A DNA stretch of 64,000 bases, from assembly GCA_036231405.1 (NCBI GenBank), contig JAZAHK010000003.1, positions 1 through 64,000 on the forward strand. Reading direction: 5' to 3'. Origin of the DNA: Nitrospinota bacterium. GTDB taxonomy: Bacteria > UBA8248. Every line of letters starts with the position of its first letter. The first letter of the stretch is position 1. The notes under the pieces are model-generated. The model made no database searches, was not told where the DNA came from, and saw only the letters and a program-made list of their open reading frames with translations. Positions 28,083 through 38,841 of the stretch are shown piece after piece. The position numbers and the translations under genes were made by a program.

Positions 28083-29470
28083 CTTCCCTTTTTTCTTTTT
28101 AAAGAGATCTTAGAGGCCTTATCTGCCAAACCTAAGATATGCAATTTCTTACTTAAAGTATTTCTATTCATCCCTAGTAGACGAGCTGCTTTTATTCTGT
28201 TTCCGCCACTTTCTTTTAGAACTAGTTCTATCAACGGTTTCTCAACACTTTTAATAGTGTGATCATAAAAGTCACTTCCATCTTCATCACTTAGGGCAGG
28301 GATTACAGTAGCTAGCTTTGTTCTTAAAAAACTCTCTATATCTCCTACACTTTCGTCTACTTGAGAAGATTTCAAATTGCCAATTGAGAGAACAGAAGAA
28401 TCAGAATAAGTTAAAGATTTCCACAGGAGCATCTTCAATTCAGATTCATTTCCCCACCATTTTCTTGAATAAATCCATTTCAGCGCACCAGGCGTCAAAA
28501 AACGGATTTTTTCCTGCATCTGCTGAGAATAGTCCTCCAAAATTGAATTAACTATAGAAGGGATATCTTTTCTCCGATCTCTCAAAGGAGGAAGCTTAAT
28601 AGTGAAACTTTTTAATTGGTTTTGATTAAAATGGGGTTCCTTTTCCTGAATCAGTTTTTCAGGATCAACAATATTAGAAAGAATCAACCGAAACTCCGAG
28701 CTAACTCCTAATCTTTCAGTTGCTGAAAAAACTCGTTTCTGATTCTCTACGGAAAGAACAGAAAAATCATCTATGAAAATTGAACCTCCAAGACAAAGAA
28801 TGTTACCTTCCTCTCCTTTATACATTTCTAATCGGATCAATTTTTTTTCTAATTCAGAATCATTCATTCCTGAGAGACCCCAAGAACAAAAGGGGTGCTT
28901 TTTCCCGGGAAATTTAACATGAAGTTCTTTTGAAATAGTAAGCGTATCAATTCCTTTCTCCCCCTCTAAAAGAATCAATTTAAACTTTCGTCCTACTTTT
29001 GCAATAGTACTTTTAAGTTTTTTTGACGCTGCACTCTCTCCATTCGTAGTAAGAGATCGATATGAACTATTAAGTTGAGAGCGTAGCCATAAGAGTTCAC
29101 GTTTTGAAGAGTACTCTTTATGATGAATATTCACGAAATTTGTGACTTCTTCTATTTGAACAGGATCCACAAAGATCGCACTAGCTCCAGATTTAATGAA
29201 AAGATTTGCAAGAGTCTTATCGTTAGGGGATAAGATAACTACTACTATCTTTCCTGAAATAACTATTTTTTTCACTAAATCAACTTGTTCCTTACCTGTA
29301 GCACCGAAAAGAACAAAGTTAAAATCATCTATCAAATTTAAGTCGAAGGGTTTGTTTTCAATCAGAAGAGTTTTAATTTTTTTAGAATTTAATTCCACTA
29401 CAAGAGAATTTCTCTCAAGTAAAGCAGTGCCAATATATACAAGATCTGAGCGTAAGCGATACAAAGACAA
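28079..29470 (-). CDS. Degenerate NtrC-like regulator (receiver-like + AAA+-like + Fis HTH)
   Basis: LPPLRDRRKDIP, WWGNESEL, C-terminal GNRIKAARLLGMNRNTL; Walker A and GAFTGA not recognisable. Confidence 0.72.
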   Translation of the reverse strand: MSLYRLRSDLVYIGTALLERNSLVVELNSKKIKTLLIENKPFDLNLIDDFNFVLFGATGKEQVDLVKKIVISGKIVVVILSPNDKTLANLFIKSGASAIFVDPVQIEEVTNFVNIHHKEYSSKRELLWLRSQLNSSYRSLTTNGESAASKKLKSTIAKVGRKFKLILLEGEKGIDTLTISKELHVKFPGKKHPFCSWGLSGMNDSELEKKLIRLEMYKGEEGNILCLGGSIFIDDFSVLSVENQKRVFSATERLGVSSEFRLILSNIVDPEKLIQEKEPHFNQNQLKSFTIKLPPLRDRRKDIPSIVNSILEDYSQQMQEKIRFLTPGALKWIYSRKWWGNESELKMLLWKSLTYSDSSVLSIGNLKSSQVDESVGDIESFLRTKLATVIPALSDEDGSDFYDHTIKSVEKPLIELVLKESGGNRIKAARLLGMNRNTLSKKLHILGLADKASKISLKRKKGS

Positions 29471-29835
29471 ACTACCTGCTCCTCGTCACCTAGAAATAAA
29501 TTTTTTTTTCATTTGCGCATACTATCTTCATTCTTATCCCGATTAAAACTTGCTTTGGGAAATTGTTTTCCAGTTTCTCTAAAATTTTTGAAGGTTCTAT
29601 ACAGGCATCTTCCAACGAAAACTCGCATGTTTTTTTGCAAGAGAAAAAATCGACTAAGGTCTAGAACAGAAAGGGTCATGCCAATACCTATTAAAGAAAC
29701 ACCTCTCATTGAATCCACCTTAGAATCAGAAGATATTAAAAAAAACGTAATTGAATTTTGGGTAGAAAAGCACCAAGGGTAAGCTAGCATACCTAGAGCA
29801 AAAAATGCAAGAAAAACAGAGACAAGGGCAAGAAA

Positions 29836-31692
29836 TTAAGTAGAAGAAATTATAATAGTCTTCCCTAATGAAAATGGATCTTTCAGCGAAGAGAATAATT
29901 TACCGATGATTTCTTCTTTTTTGAAATTTGGGAAAATAGGCATAACGAAACCTTCTATAGTTTCTCTACGCAACCAATCAGCAACGATAAGGGATTCAAA
30001 TAACTCTTTTTTAGAAACGTTTTTCTCTCTTTCGAATTCGGAATTGAAAGTTTGTGAAATCTTTTTCTCCAATTCTGCAAAGGGGATATCATTTCGTTTG
30101 AATTTAATATTATCAGATAATAATCCTTGAGAAACAAAGTAACAAACAAAAGAAAACCTATCCTGAACAGGCTCAACTATAATGACATCCCTCTTTTCAA
30201 CAGAAGGTCCATGAATCGAAAAATCATTCAGCAGTAAGGATAAACGCTCAAATCTTTTTCTGAGTTTGGATTCAGATATCTTTTTCCCCCAAAGAGGCAA
30301 TAAAAATGCAATATTCTCTTCCAATGGCAATAACCCTAAAGGCCCTTCTAAAACAATACGTAATCGTTCAATTAATTCCATTTTCCTAAGAAAATTACTT
30401 TTTTTTCCTTGATCTTTTTCCCCATCAAAAGAAAAGAGGTTTAATGGAAAAACGGAATAAATTGATGAAAGCAGCGAATCTAGATGGCTTTTTTTACGAA
30501 AAGGGCCATAAAAAAAATCACCACGATAAGACAAAGATGAAGATGCCTGAACCAATGGAAGATTTTCATGCTGAATATTAATTTTCAGAAAACCTCCACC
30601 GGGAACCATAGGCAAAGGATTAGGAATTTTGTACTTACTCGATAACCGAAATACTTCCAATTTCATTCCTAATTCACTCATAATGGGAATTGTTTTGATT
30701 TGTGTCACGGATGATAATTTTTTTACAAAACGTTTTGCCCCAATTTTTTTAGGATAGAAAATACCCCGTACAGATTCCTGAATATCTGAGGACTTATTCA
30801 GATATATCGTTTTATCCCCAGAATCTTGTAACAAGAAAATACCTTTCGATTTAGGAATTTCCTCAATTTTAGATTCTGAAAGCGAGATACCCTTTGCAAA
30901 TTTAGGAGGATTCTCTATTAAGGGTTCTTGAAAAAGGAGAAGATCTCGTTCAGTCCTTAACCCTGCATAATGAGAAAAGGAAATAAGCTGGTTAAGTATA
31001 AATGCTGTTACTCTTGCATCATCGAGTGCTCTATGTCTAATAGTATTTAGATCTTCATAACCGAAAATTAAACTTAATTCTCCAAGATTATGTTTAGAAA
31101 AGTTGGGCAGAATTTTTTTTGCTAATTTGAAAGTACAAAGAACTTCGGGATCGTATTTTTCACCAAGATACTCAAGAGCAAAATATTTTATAAACCGATA
31201 GTCAAAATCTGCATTATGGGCTACGAAAACACAGTTCTCAACAAATTCGAGAAAATCTGGTAAAACCTTGTCTAGAGTAGGTTGATCAGCAACCATTGCT
31301 TCTGTTATCCCAGTCAATTGAACAACGTTTCTAGGAATCGATCTATCCGGATTGACCAACTTTGAAAATTCTCCAACAATTTTTCCATCTTTCATTTTCA
31401 AAGCTGCTAATTCAGTAATACGATGTTGAGGAGGACGGCCTCCTGTAGTTTCAATATCTACAACAACAAAATTCGAACTAGGGTTAAAAGGGGAATTTAA
31501 AAATGATTCAGGAACAACCCAACTATTTTCTCCTTTCTTTGACAAAAGGGGATTTTGAAAAAGTAATGGGAGAATTAGGGAATCGAAATCAAAACCAGAG
31601 AGATCCTGATTTCGATTAAAATGTGGGTGAACTTCTTTACACGCTTTTTGAAAGAATTCGCTATTAGAAAGCGAATGGGAGTTTGCAGTCAT
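29836..31692 (-). CDS. DEDDh 3'-5' exonuclease (DNA polymerase III epsilon-like) with a UvrC/GIY-YIG-like C-terminal region
   Basis: VVVDIETTG, VAHNADFD and HRALDDA motifs; later IPKSKGIF...IYLNKS and YGPF. Confidence 0.8.
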   Translation of the reverse strand: MTANSHSLSNSEFFQKACKEVHPHFNRNQDLSGFDFDSLILPLLFQNPLLSKKGENSWVVPESFLNSPFNPSSNFVVVDIETTGGRPPQHRITELAALKMKDGKIVGEFSKLVNPDRSIPRNVVQLTGITEAMVADQPTLDKVLPDFLEFVENCVFVAHNADFDYRFIKYFALEYLGEKYDPEVLCTFKLAKKILPNFSKHNLGELSLIFGYEDLNTIRHRALDDARVTAFILNQLISFSHYAGLRTERDLLLFQEPLIENPPKFAKGISLSESKIEEIPKSKGIFLLQDSGDKTIYLNKSSDIQESVRGIFYPKKIGAKRFVKKLSSVTQIKTIPIMSELGMKLEVFRLSSKYKIPNPLPMVPGGGFLKINIQHENLPLVQASSSLSYRGDFFYGPFRKKSHLDSLLSSIYSVFPLNLFSFDGEKDQGKKSNFLRKMELIERLRIVLEGPLGLLPLEENIAFLLPLWGKKISESKLRKRFERLSLLLNDFSIHGPSVEKRDVIIVEPVQDRFSFVCYFVSQGLLSDNIKFKRNDIPFAELEKKISQTFNSEFEREKNVSKKELFESLIVADWLRRETIEGFVMPIFPNFKKEEIIGKLFSSLKDPFSLGKTIIISST

Positions 31693-31896
31693 ATAGAACT
31701 TCTAATCTTTATCAACAAAATAGTAAAAATTGACTTAACACCACTTGTTTATTTAAAATGCAAAAAGTTATTTTGTTAGAACAAAAAAACCTACTATGCT
31801 GTATTCTATATCCTTGTATTAGTTTCAAACAATATAAGATGAAAATTAGTTCACATTTTTAAATAACTAATTCAAAGATTTTATAAGGAGAATAAC

Positions 31897-32148
31897 TTGT
31901 TTGGTAGTATAGGTATGACCGAACTGTTAGTTATATTAGTTGTTGCACTTTTAGTAATTGGACCAAAAAGGTTACCTAACCTTGCACGCACTATAGGTCG
32001 TACCCTACGCGATTTCAAGAAAGCAACATCCGATTTCGAGGACTCTATCGATATAGATCCAGTTGAAGAACATCACGACTCAGATATTACGGAAGAAAAA
32101 AATGCCAATAAAAATCAAGAGGGCAATAACTCTAACCAAGAAAAATAA
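31897..32148 (+). CDS. Twin-arginine translocase TatA/TatB subunit
   Basis: IGMTELLVILVVALLVIGPKRLP followed by an amphipathic helix; AAGGAG RBS; precedes tatC. Confidence 0.9.
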   Translation: MFGSIGMTELLVILVVALLVIGPKRLPNLARTIGRTLRDFKKATSDFEDSIDIDPVEEHHDSDITEEKNANKNQEGNNSNQEK

Positions 32149-32185
32149 TTAAATCCATGATTTTCACAATCCTTTACACCTGAGA

Positions 32186-32932
32186 ATGGAAATTAATCTA
32201 TTGAGTGCAACTAGTCCGATGTCTTTGACAGAACATCTCGCTGAACTGCGAAACAGACTTATAATCATGATATCTGCAGTAGGAGTTTTCTTTTTGGGTT
32301 CCTATTACTTTTCTCCGCAATTATTGGAGTTAATACAAAAGCCTATAGGAGACCAACAACTTGTGTTTTTATCCCCTACAGAAGCTTTCATATCTCACAT
32401 TAAAGTATCGTTTTATTCTGGTTTATTTCTCAGTATACCTGTGATTCTTTTCCATATTTGGAAATTTTGTGCTCCTGGTCTTTTTAAAAAAGAAAAAAAA
32501 TACTTAGCATCGTTTATCCTTATTTCATCATGTAGTTTCATTGTAGGAGCATTTTTTTGTTACCTCCTGATACTTCCTTACGGACTCAATTTTTTACTTA
32601 GTTTTGCATCTGAAAATTTATCCGCACAAATATCAATTGCTTTTTATATTTCTTTTGTCTTCAAGTTAATTCTTATATTCGGCCTTGTTTTTCAAGTTCC
32701 TCTTATTGTTATTCTTTTAGTAAAAATGGGAGTTCTTTCCGCAAAGTCGTTAGCAAATAACAGAGGATATGTCTTCGTAGGGTCTTTTGCTGCCTCGGCA
32801 ATTCTGACTCCACCCGACGTAGTTACTCAAATTTTCCTTGCCCTCCCACTAATAGTTTTGTTTGAGATAAGTATAATTGGGGCAAAATTTATCGACAGAT
32901 CAAAAGAAATAGAAAAGGACAATGATGAATAA
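32186..32932 (+). CDS. tatC: Twin-arginine translocase subunit TatC
   Basis: EHLAELRNRL, PTEAF, APGL, FQVP and TPPD motifs. Confidence 0.95.
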   Translation: MEINLLSATSPMSLTEHLAELRNRLIIMISAVGVFFLGSYYFSPQLLELIQKPIGDQQLVFLSPTEAFISHIKVSFYSGLFLSIPVILFHIWKFCAPGLFKKEKKYLASFILISSCSFIVGAFFCYLLILPYGLNFLLSFASENLSAQISIAFYISFVFKLILIFGLVFQVPLIVILLVKMGVLSAKSLANNRGYVFVGSFAASAILTPPDVVTQIFLALPLIVLFEISIIGAKFIDRSKEIEKDNDE

Positions 32933-33629
32933 ATTAGATTCAAAACAAAGAATTATATGTGCACTAGATTTTGAAAACATGGATCTTGCGGTCAATTTAA
33001 TAGAAAAAATCGAGGCATACATACAATGGTATAAAATTGGGATGGAACTTTTCACTAAGGAAGGACCCTCTGCCGTTGAGACTGTTACCAAGAGAGGCTC
33101 TTCCGTATTTTTAGATTTAAAATATCATGATATTCCCGCGACAGTTGAAAAAGCTATTATGTCTGCCGCCAATCTCGGAGTTTCTCTCTTGACCGTTCAT
33201 GCTTGCGGAGGAGAAGAAATGCTTGAAGCCTGTTCCCGCGCAAGAGACAGAATCAAAAATGCACCTGCAATTCTAGCTGTAACAGTTTTAACGAGTCTAG
33301 ATAGAGGAGACTTGAGGAAAATAGGAATTCAATCTTCCCCTGAAGATCAGGTGCTAAGGATGGGACAACTAGCTAAAGAGGCTGGTTTAGACGGAGTAGT
33401 AGCTTCTCCCATGGAAGTAGCATCGCTAAGAAAGGAACTTGGAGAAGAGATGCTAATAGTTACCCCTGGGGTACGTTTAGACTCAGAATCCCAAAACGAC
33501 CATGCAAGAGCTCATACACCCAGACACGCTATCGAAGATGGCGCGGACTATATTGTTGTGGGAAGACCCATTAGAAATGCGAAAAATCCTGCGGATATCG
33601 CGCAAAAATATATTTCATCAATTTCATAA
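32922..33629 (+). CDS. pyrF: Orotidine-5'-phosphate decarboxylase
   Basis: FLDLKYHDIPATV, AVTVLTS, VTPGVR and VVGRPI motifs. Confidence 0.96.
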   Translation: MMNKLDSKQRIICALDFENMDLAVNLIEKIEAYIQWYKIGMELFTKEGPSAVETVTKRGSSVFLDLKYHDIPATVEKAIMSAANLGVSLLTVHACGGEEMLEACSRARDRIKNAPAILAVTVLTSLDRGDLRKIGIQSSPEDQVLRMGQLAKEAGLDGVVASPMEVASLRKELGEEMLIVTPGVRLDSESQNDHARAHTPRHAIEDGADYIVVGRPIRNAKNPADIAQKYISSIS

Positions 33630-33677
33630 GATTTATTTAATTTTTTTCTGAAAGTATATAGTGGTACATTCTTAGAA

Positions 33678-34574
33678 CTAGATTCCACCAAAACCAGTCC
33701 AAATCACGATATAATTTGAAATGATGGTAAAATAGTTAAAAAGCAAGAGAAATCCAATAAACATTAGCAAACAACTATTTATGAAATCGATATAAATCAA
33801 ATAACGCTTAAAATAACCGTAAAATTTCAGAAAAGAGGAAAGAATAACTCCACTAACAAGAAAAGTAGAACCCAAACCAAAACAATAAGAGATTAAAAGT
33901 AATAATCCACGCGAATAATTTTCTTGTACCGAAGAAAAAATAAGAATGCTACCTAGGATTGGACCGATGCAAGGTGTCCAGCCAGCCGAAAAAGTAATAC
34001 CGATTAAGAAACTGCCAGCAAATCCACTAGTTTTGTTTTTCACCGCAATTCTACCTTCTCTTCCTAAAAAAGAGGGTGCAAGACAAATTAATAAGTAGAG
34101 TAAAACGGATAAAATTAATCCTATGACCAGTTTAAAACCGGATAGAAAAAAGAAAATCGAAACTATAAGAATCGCAATACTAAATAGACATTTAGATAAC
34201 GACTTCAATCCTCTGAAAAAAATCTGAAATCCGAACAAAAAAGCTCTATCAAGTACATAAAGTCCAAATGTAAAAATTACAACTCCGCCAAATAGACGCA
34301 AAAAATCCTGAGAAGCGCTAAAAAATTGGCCAATAAATGAAAAACTGAGACCAACACTAATAAAAAATACGGAGAATCCAAGAACAAAAAAGATCGAATT
34401 TATAAAGATAAGACCACGAACCGAGTCCCGCCTCTTATCATCCGTTATTTCCTCATACGTCAAACCTGTCAAAAAGGACAAATAACTTGGGAAAAGAGGA
34501 AGAACACAAGGGGAAAGAAAGCTTAAAAATCCAGCCCAAAAAGCAAGTCCTACATTCATTGAATCTGCGGACAT
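33678..34574 (-). CDS. ccdA: Cytochrome c biogenesis protein CcdA (with an internal hydrophobic insertion)
   Basis: SFLSPCVLPL and WTPCIGPILG motifs. Confidence 0.88.
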   Translation of the reverse strand: MSADSMNVGLAFWAGFLSFLSPCVLPLFPSYLSFLTGLTYEEITDDKRRDSVRGLIFINSIFFVLGFSVFFISVGLSFSFIGQFFSASQDFLRLFGGVVIFTFGLYVLDRAFLFGFQIFFRGLKSLSKCLFSIAILIVSIFFFLSGFKLVIGLILSVLLYLLICLAPSFLGREGRIAVKNKTSGFAGSFLIGITFSAGWTPCIGPILGSILIFSSVQENYSRGLLLLISYCFGLGSTFLVSGVILSSFLKFYGYFKRYLIYIDFINSCLLMFIGFLLLFNYFTIISNYIVIWTGFGGI

Positions 34575-34615
34575 GCAAGCCTCATAAAAAATTCAAAAGT
34601 CAATAAATAAAACTA

Positions 34616-35920
34616 TTAAGTTAAGAAGGGTTCTTTAATAGTGATTGTATCGTTTCTTTCTGGACCAGTTGAGATCAAAGAAACTGAAACGCCTAGAATC
34701 CTCTCAACATTATCAACATAAGAAAGAGCTAATTCAGGAAGTTCCTCTTTCACGTTTATCCCTGCGGTTCTTACCTTCCAGCCTGGGAATTCTTCAAAAA
34801 TCGGCCTACACCTTTCCAGAATCCCGGTTTCTGCAGGAAAAGATGTTATCTTTTCCCCATCTATCTCATATCCAACACAAATACGGATAGTTTCCTGGTT
34901 ATCAAGAACATCAAGTTTGGTAAGTGCAATAGTATCTATACCACAAACTTGAATACAGTGGCGTGCGGCAACTGCGTCCAGCCAACCACACCTTCTTGGT
35001 CTACCCGTAGTCGCTCCAAATTCTCCACCTTCAGCCCGAAGGAGCTCTGCTTCTGAACCAACCATTTCTGATGGGAAAGGACCTTGTCCTACCCTCGTAC
35101 AGTATGCCTTTACCACTCCTAATACGCTATCTATCTTAGAGTAAGAAATACCCAAACCATTCAAAGCACCTCCAACTCCCGTATTACTTGATGTAACAAA
35201 TGGATACGTTCCCATATCTACGTCTAACAGGATACCCTGTGCTCCTTCGAGAAGGATATTTTTCTTAGCTTGTAAAGAATTATAAATTTCAACATCTGTA
35301 TTACAAATATGATTCACAAAAACTTCCCTCACCTCTTCACAAATTGATAATATATAAGACTCATCGAAAGCCATTTTTTCTTCATCTGTTAAAGAAATTT
35401 CAAGGAGTAACTTTTTTTTAAGACTAATGCTTACTTTGATCCTATCCTTAAGAATCTGTTCCTCAAACAAATCTGCAACTCTAACACCAAGCCTTGCTGC
35501 CTTGTCAGAATAAGCAGGACCAATTCCTCTTCCAGTAGTCCCTATCCGATTTACTCCTAAGAGTTCTTCCATGTGAGAATCCATTACTTTATGGTAGGGA
35601 AGGATCAAGTGTGCTCTTTTCCCTATTAATAGGTTTTCGCCAACCTCAATACCAAGTTCCTTTAAACTTTTCATTTCGTTAATAAGTGACAGAGGATCGA
35701 TAACTGCACCAGAACCTATAATGCAAAGCACCTTCGGGTTTAAAATCCCAGTTGGAATCAAATGAAGTATGAACTCTTGACCTGACACATAAACTGTATG
35801 ACCCGCATTTGCCCCTCCTTGATATCTAGCTACTACATCAGACCTTTGCGCAAGCCAGTCTATAATTTTTCCTTTTCCTTCATCTCCCCATTGACCACCA
35901 ACAACTGTAAGAACACTCAT
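34616..35920 (-). CDS. purA: Adenylosuccinate synthetase
   Basis: QWGDEGKGK, GANAGHT, EGAQG and GATTGRPRRCGW motifs. Confidence 0.97.
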   Translation of the reverse strand: MSVLTVVGGQWGDEGKGKIIDWLAQRSDVVARYQGGANAGHTVYVSGQEFILHLIPTGILNPKVLCIIGSGAVIDPLSLINEMKSLKELGIEVGENLLIGKRAHLILPYHKVMDSHMEELLGVNRIGTTGRGIGPAYSDKAARLGVRVADLFEEQILKDRIKVSISLKKKLLLEISLTDEEKMAFDESYILSICEEVREVFVNHICNTDVEIYNSLQAKKNILLEGAQGILLDVDMGTYPFVTSSNTGVGGALNGLGISYSKIDSVLGVVKAYCTRVGQGPFPSEMVGSEAELLRAEGGEFGATTGRPRRCGWLDAVAARHCIQVCGIDTIALTKLDVLDNQETIRICVGYEIDGEKITSFPAETGILERCRPIFEEFPGWKVRTAGINVKEELPELALSYVDNVERILGVSVSLISTGPERNDTITIKEPFLT

Positions 35921-37203
35921 ATAATTCCCCCTTCTTTCAATCTATCGACAATCTCGTCTAAGGAGGAAACGATGACTTCAGTACCAGAAGAAGAAAGTAC
36001 CCGTATCTTCTTCGTCCTCAAACTCTTAGAATCTATTACTAGACAATAATCAAACTTGGATTTACGCGCAAAAGAAAGTGACTCTTGTAAATCTCTTCGA
36101 ATAATATCTCGGGCGGCCACATATCCAAGATCGCGCAACTGTCTGGAAATCTCGATACCGTTTTTTTTCGAGGAAGAAAAATCTATCACTAAAAAGCTTT
36201 TTTCCTTGATTTTATTTTTTGAATCACTAACTACATTCGAAAGGCTATCAAGGTCTATTGCAAAACCTGTCCCTAGATCATCTGTACCATAATTTTTAAG
36301 TAATCGATCATATCTCCCACCCCCGCATACAGGAAAACCAACTCCAGACACAAAACCTTCAAAAATCACTCCAGTATAATAATTGAAATCTCGAAAATCA
36401 GCGAGATCAAACACTATCTGTTCGGTCAGACCATACAAGTCGAGGATCGCGTATACTCTTCTTAACTCTTTGAGAGCCTTCCTAGACGTAGAATTATTCA
36501 CCATCTTATCAGCAACTTCCAGAACAGATGAATTTCCAAAAAGTCTAGCTAAATTTTTTAAAGCCTTCGCATCACTCTTCCCATTTCTTTTCCCTCTTAA
36601 AAGTTGCGCAAGGGAAGATTCATCTCTTCTGGAAATTGCGTCTGAAATTTTTAATTGATCTTCCTGTTTCAAGTCTAAAACGTCAAAAATTCCTGCGAGG
36701 AAACCACCATGACTCAGAGAAATTTTGTAATCCTTCACTCCTATTTTTCTAAGACACTCAACCGCAACGGCAATTACTTCCGCATCTGCTTCTAAAGACA
36801 CCAATCCAATAAGTTCTACTCCTGCTTGCAAAAATTCACGCTGATAGGTTCCTGAAACATTCATATATCGAAACACATTCGTAAGATAGGAAAGTCTTAG
36901 TGGTCTAGGGGCTCCTTCTAAAACCGTACCTGCTATACGGGCAATTTGAGGCGTAACATCAGATCTTAAAGACAGCAAATTTCCAGTCTCTAAATCTACG
37001 GTCTTAAAAACCTCAGAATCTCTACCATCAATTTCTATCTCAGGATTATAAAACTCAAAAGAAGGAGTTATAATCTCTTTAAAACCCCATAGAGAGAAAA
37101 TTCCTCTTATTTGTTCTTCAATTTCTCTCTTTTTCTTAACTTCTTCTCCTACAAAAACCTTAGACCCAGATGGAAGAATTTTTCTTTTAAGAATCGAATC
37201 CAT
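35917..37203 (-). CDS. hisZ: ATP phosphoribosyltransferase regulatory subunit
   Basis: LRSDVTPQIAR, REFLQAGVE, YYTG and GGGRYD motifs; adjacent to purA. Confidence 0.88.
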   Translation of the reverse strand: MDSILKRKILPSGSKVFVGEEVKKKREIEEQIRGIFSLWGFKEIITPSFEFYNPEIEIDGRDSEVFKTVDLETGNLLSLRSDVTPQIARIAGTVLEGAPRPLRLSYLTNVFRYMNVSGTYQREFLQAGVELIGLVSLEADAEVIAVAVECLRKIGVKDYKISLSHGGFLAGIFDVLDLKQEDQLKISDAISRRDESSLAQLLRGKRNGKSDAKALKNLARLFGNSSVLEVADKMVNNSTSRKALKELRRVYAILDLYGLTEQIVFDLADFRDFNYYTGVIFEGFVSGVGFPVCGGGRYDRLLKNYGTDDLGTGFAIDLDSLSNVVSDSKNKIKEKSFLVIDFSSSKKNGIEISRQLRDLGYVAARDIIRRDLQESLSFARKSKFDYCLVIDSKSLRTKKIRVLSSSGTEVIVSSLDEIVDRLKEGGII

Positions 37204-37236
37204 ATCGAGTTTCCTTTACTTAATCCAATTTTAATA

Positions 37237-38841
37237 CTAGAGAACAACTAATCTTGCATCTAAAAGACCGGGAATATTACGTACATCTTCCATTACATTC
37301 TCTGGAATTAGATCGTCTAAAGATAAGATCGCAACTGCCTTGTCATTTTTTTTCGTTCTACCAAGCTGCATTCCCGCAATATTGATCTGATGTTTCCCAA
37401 GGAGAGTCCCAATTGTTCCGATGGTTCCTGGTCGGTCTTCATTTGAAAAAACAAGCATGAAACCTTCCGGCTCAACATCAATGGAAAAGCTATCTATCGA
37501 AATGATTCTTGGACTCCCAAGGTTTGTAATTGTCCCTACTGCCGTACGCTCATTTTTATCCGTGACCAATCGGATTTCAATCATATCCTTATAAAGTTCA
37601 GAGGAATTTGTATGTGTCGTGATTATCTCTATACCACGCTCCTTGGCAAGTGTTGGTCCATTGACCAAATTGATTCTAGTATCTCCTAGAAAATGAGATA
37701 ACACTCCTTTAATTGCATTAGAGGAGAGTGCAGAGATTGGGATTTCAGAAGTTCCATGATGTATAATTTCCAACTTTCTCACTCCCCCATCTACTAGTTG
37801 AGCAAGAAAAGAACCTAAATTTTCTGATAAAAGCATATGTGGACCTATTCTTTCTAACTGTTCCGGTCCAAGTGCTGGGAGATTCACAGCATATTTCACT
37901 ACACCATCCTTTAGGTAATCTACCACCTGCTGAGCAACACTGATAGCTACATTTTCTTGCGCCTCTTCGGTCGAGGCACCTAAATGAGGAGTACAAACCA
38001 CTTCTGGTCGCTCTAACAAACTTCGATAGTGTTCCGGTGGAGGCTCTTCAGGAAAAACGTCCATAGCAACTCCAATAACTTTTCCCTCATCAATCGCTTT
38101 AGAGAGTGCCTCTTCATCAATCAAACCACCTCTTGCACAATTTACAATACGAATCCCATCCTTCATTTTCTCAAATTCTACGGAACCTAAAAGATTAGAA
38201 GTTTCATCTGTAGCAGGGACATGAAGCGTTAAATAATCACATCCTTTCAATACATCATCAAAAGAGACCAACTTCACGTCTCTTTCTAATGCTGCTTCCT
38301 CTGAAATATAGGGATCAAAAGCTATTACATCCATTCCAATACTTTTGGCTAACCTGGAAACATTGGAACCCACTCTACCAAGACCGATTACGCCCAATGT
38401 TTTAGATGCCAATTCGCTACCAACAAATTTAGATCTTTCCCAAAGACCTGATTTTAAAGAAAAAACTGCTTCCGGGATTCTACGTGCAAGAGAAAAAATA
38501 AGGCCCATAGTATGTTCTGCGGTAGTAACAACGTTTCCATCAGGAGCATTCACAACCAAAACACCTAGACGGCTCGCTGTATCTAAATCAATATTATCTA
38601 CACCTATACCAGCCCGTGCGACAATTTTCAGTTGTTTCCCTGTTTCTAAAAGCTCTTTATCTGCTTTCGTTCCACTTCTTACAATTAAAGCATCAAAATT
38701 CTCTATTTTTGATAAAAGGTCATCTCTGCTCAATTTGGGCTCGTTTGATACTTCGAATCCTTCACTACTGGAAAGAATCTCTTCAGCACGAATAGACATG
38801 GATTCAGAAATCAAAACCCTAGCAATAATATTAGAATTCAT
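37237..38841 (-). CDS. serA: D-3-phosphoglycerate dehydrogenase (with ASB/ACT domains)
   Basis: RAGIGVDNID, GLGRVG, NCARGG and TPHLGAST motifs; C-terminal ACT (NEDRPG...INIA). Confidence 0.95.
   Translation of the reverse strand: MNSNIIARVLISESMSIRAEEILSSSEGFEVSNEPKLSRDDLLSKIENFDALIVRSGTKADKELLETGKQLKIVARAGIGVDNIDLDTASRLGVLVVNAPDGNVVTTAEHTMGLIFSLARRIPEAVFSLKSGLWERSKFVGSELASKTLGVIGLGRVGSNVSRLAKSIGMDVIAFDPYISEEAALERDVKLVSFDDVLKGCDYLTLHVPATDETSNLLGSVEFEKMKDGIRIVNCARGGLIDEEALSKAIDEGKVIGVAMDVFPEEPPPEHYRSLLERPEVVCTPHLGASTEEAQENVAISVAQQVVDYLKDGVVKYAVNLPALGPEQLERIGPHMLLSENLGSFLAQLVDGGVRKLEIIHHGTSEIPISALSSNAIKGVLSHFLGDTRINLVNGPTLAKERGIEIITTHTNSSELYKDMIEIRLVTDKNERTAVGTITNLGSPRIISIDSFSIDVEPEGFMLVFSNEDRPGTIGTIGTLLGKHQINIAGMQLGRTKKNDKAVAILSLDDLIPENVMEDVRNIPGLLDARLVVL

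Noticed and set aside
29509-29790. Opposing 93-aa and 89-aa ORFs, and a TGGCATG-N4-TTTC sigma-54-like site on the minus strand
   Set aside because: No recognisable domain or clear RBS for either ORF; the -12 GC is missing from the site. The minus ORF is in frame with the exonuclease stop, but nothing supports read-through
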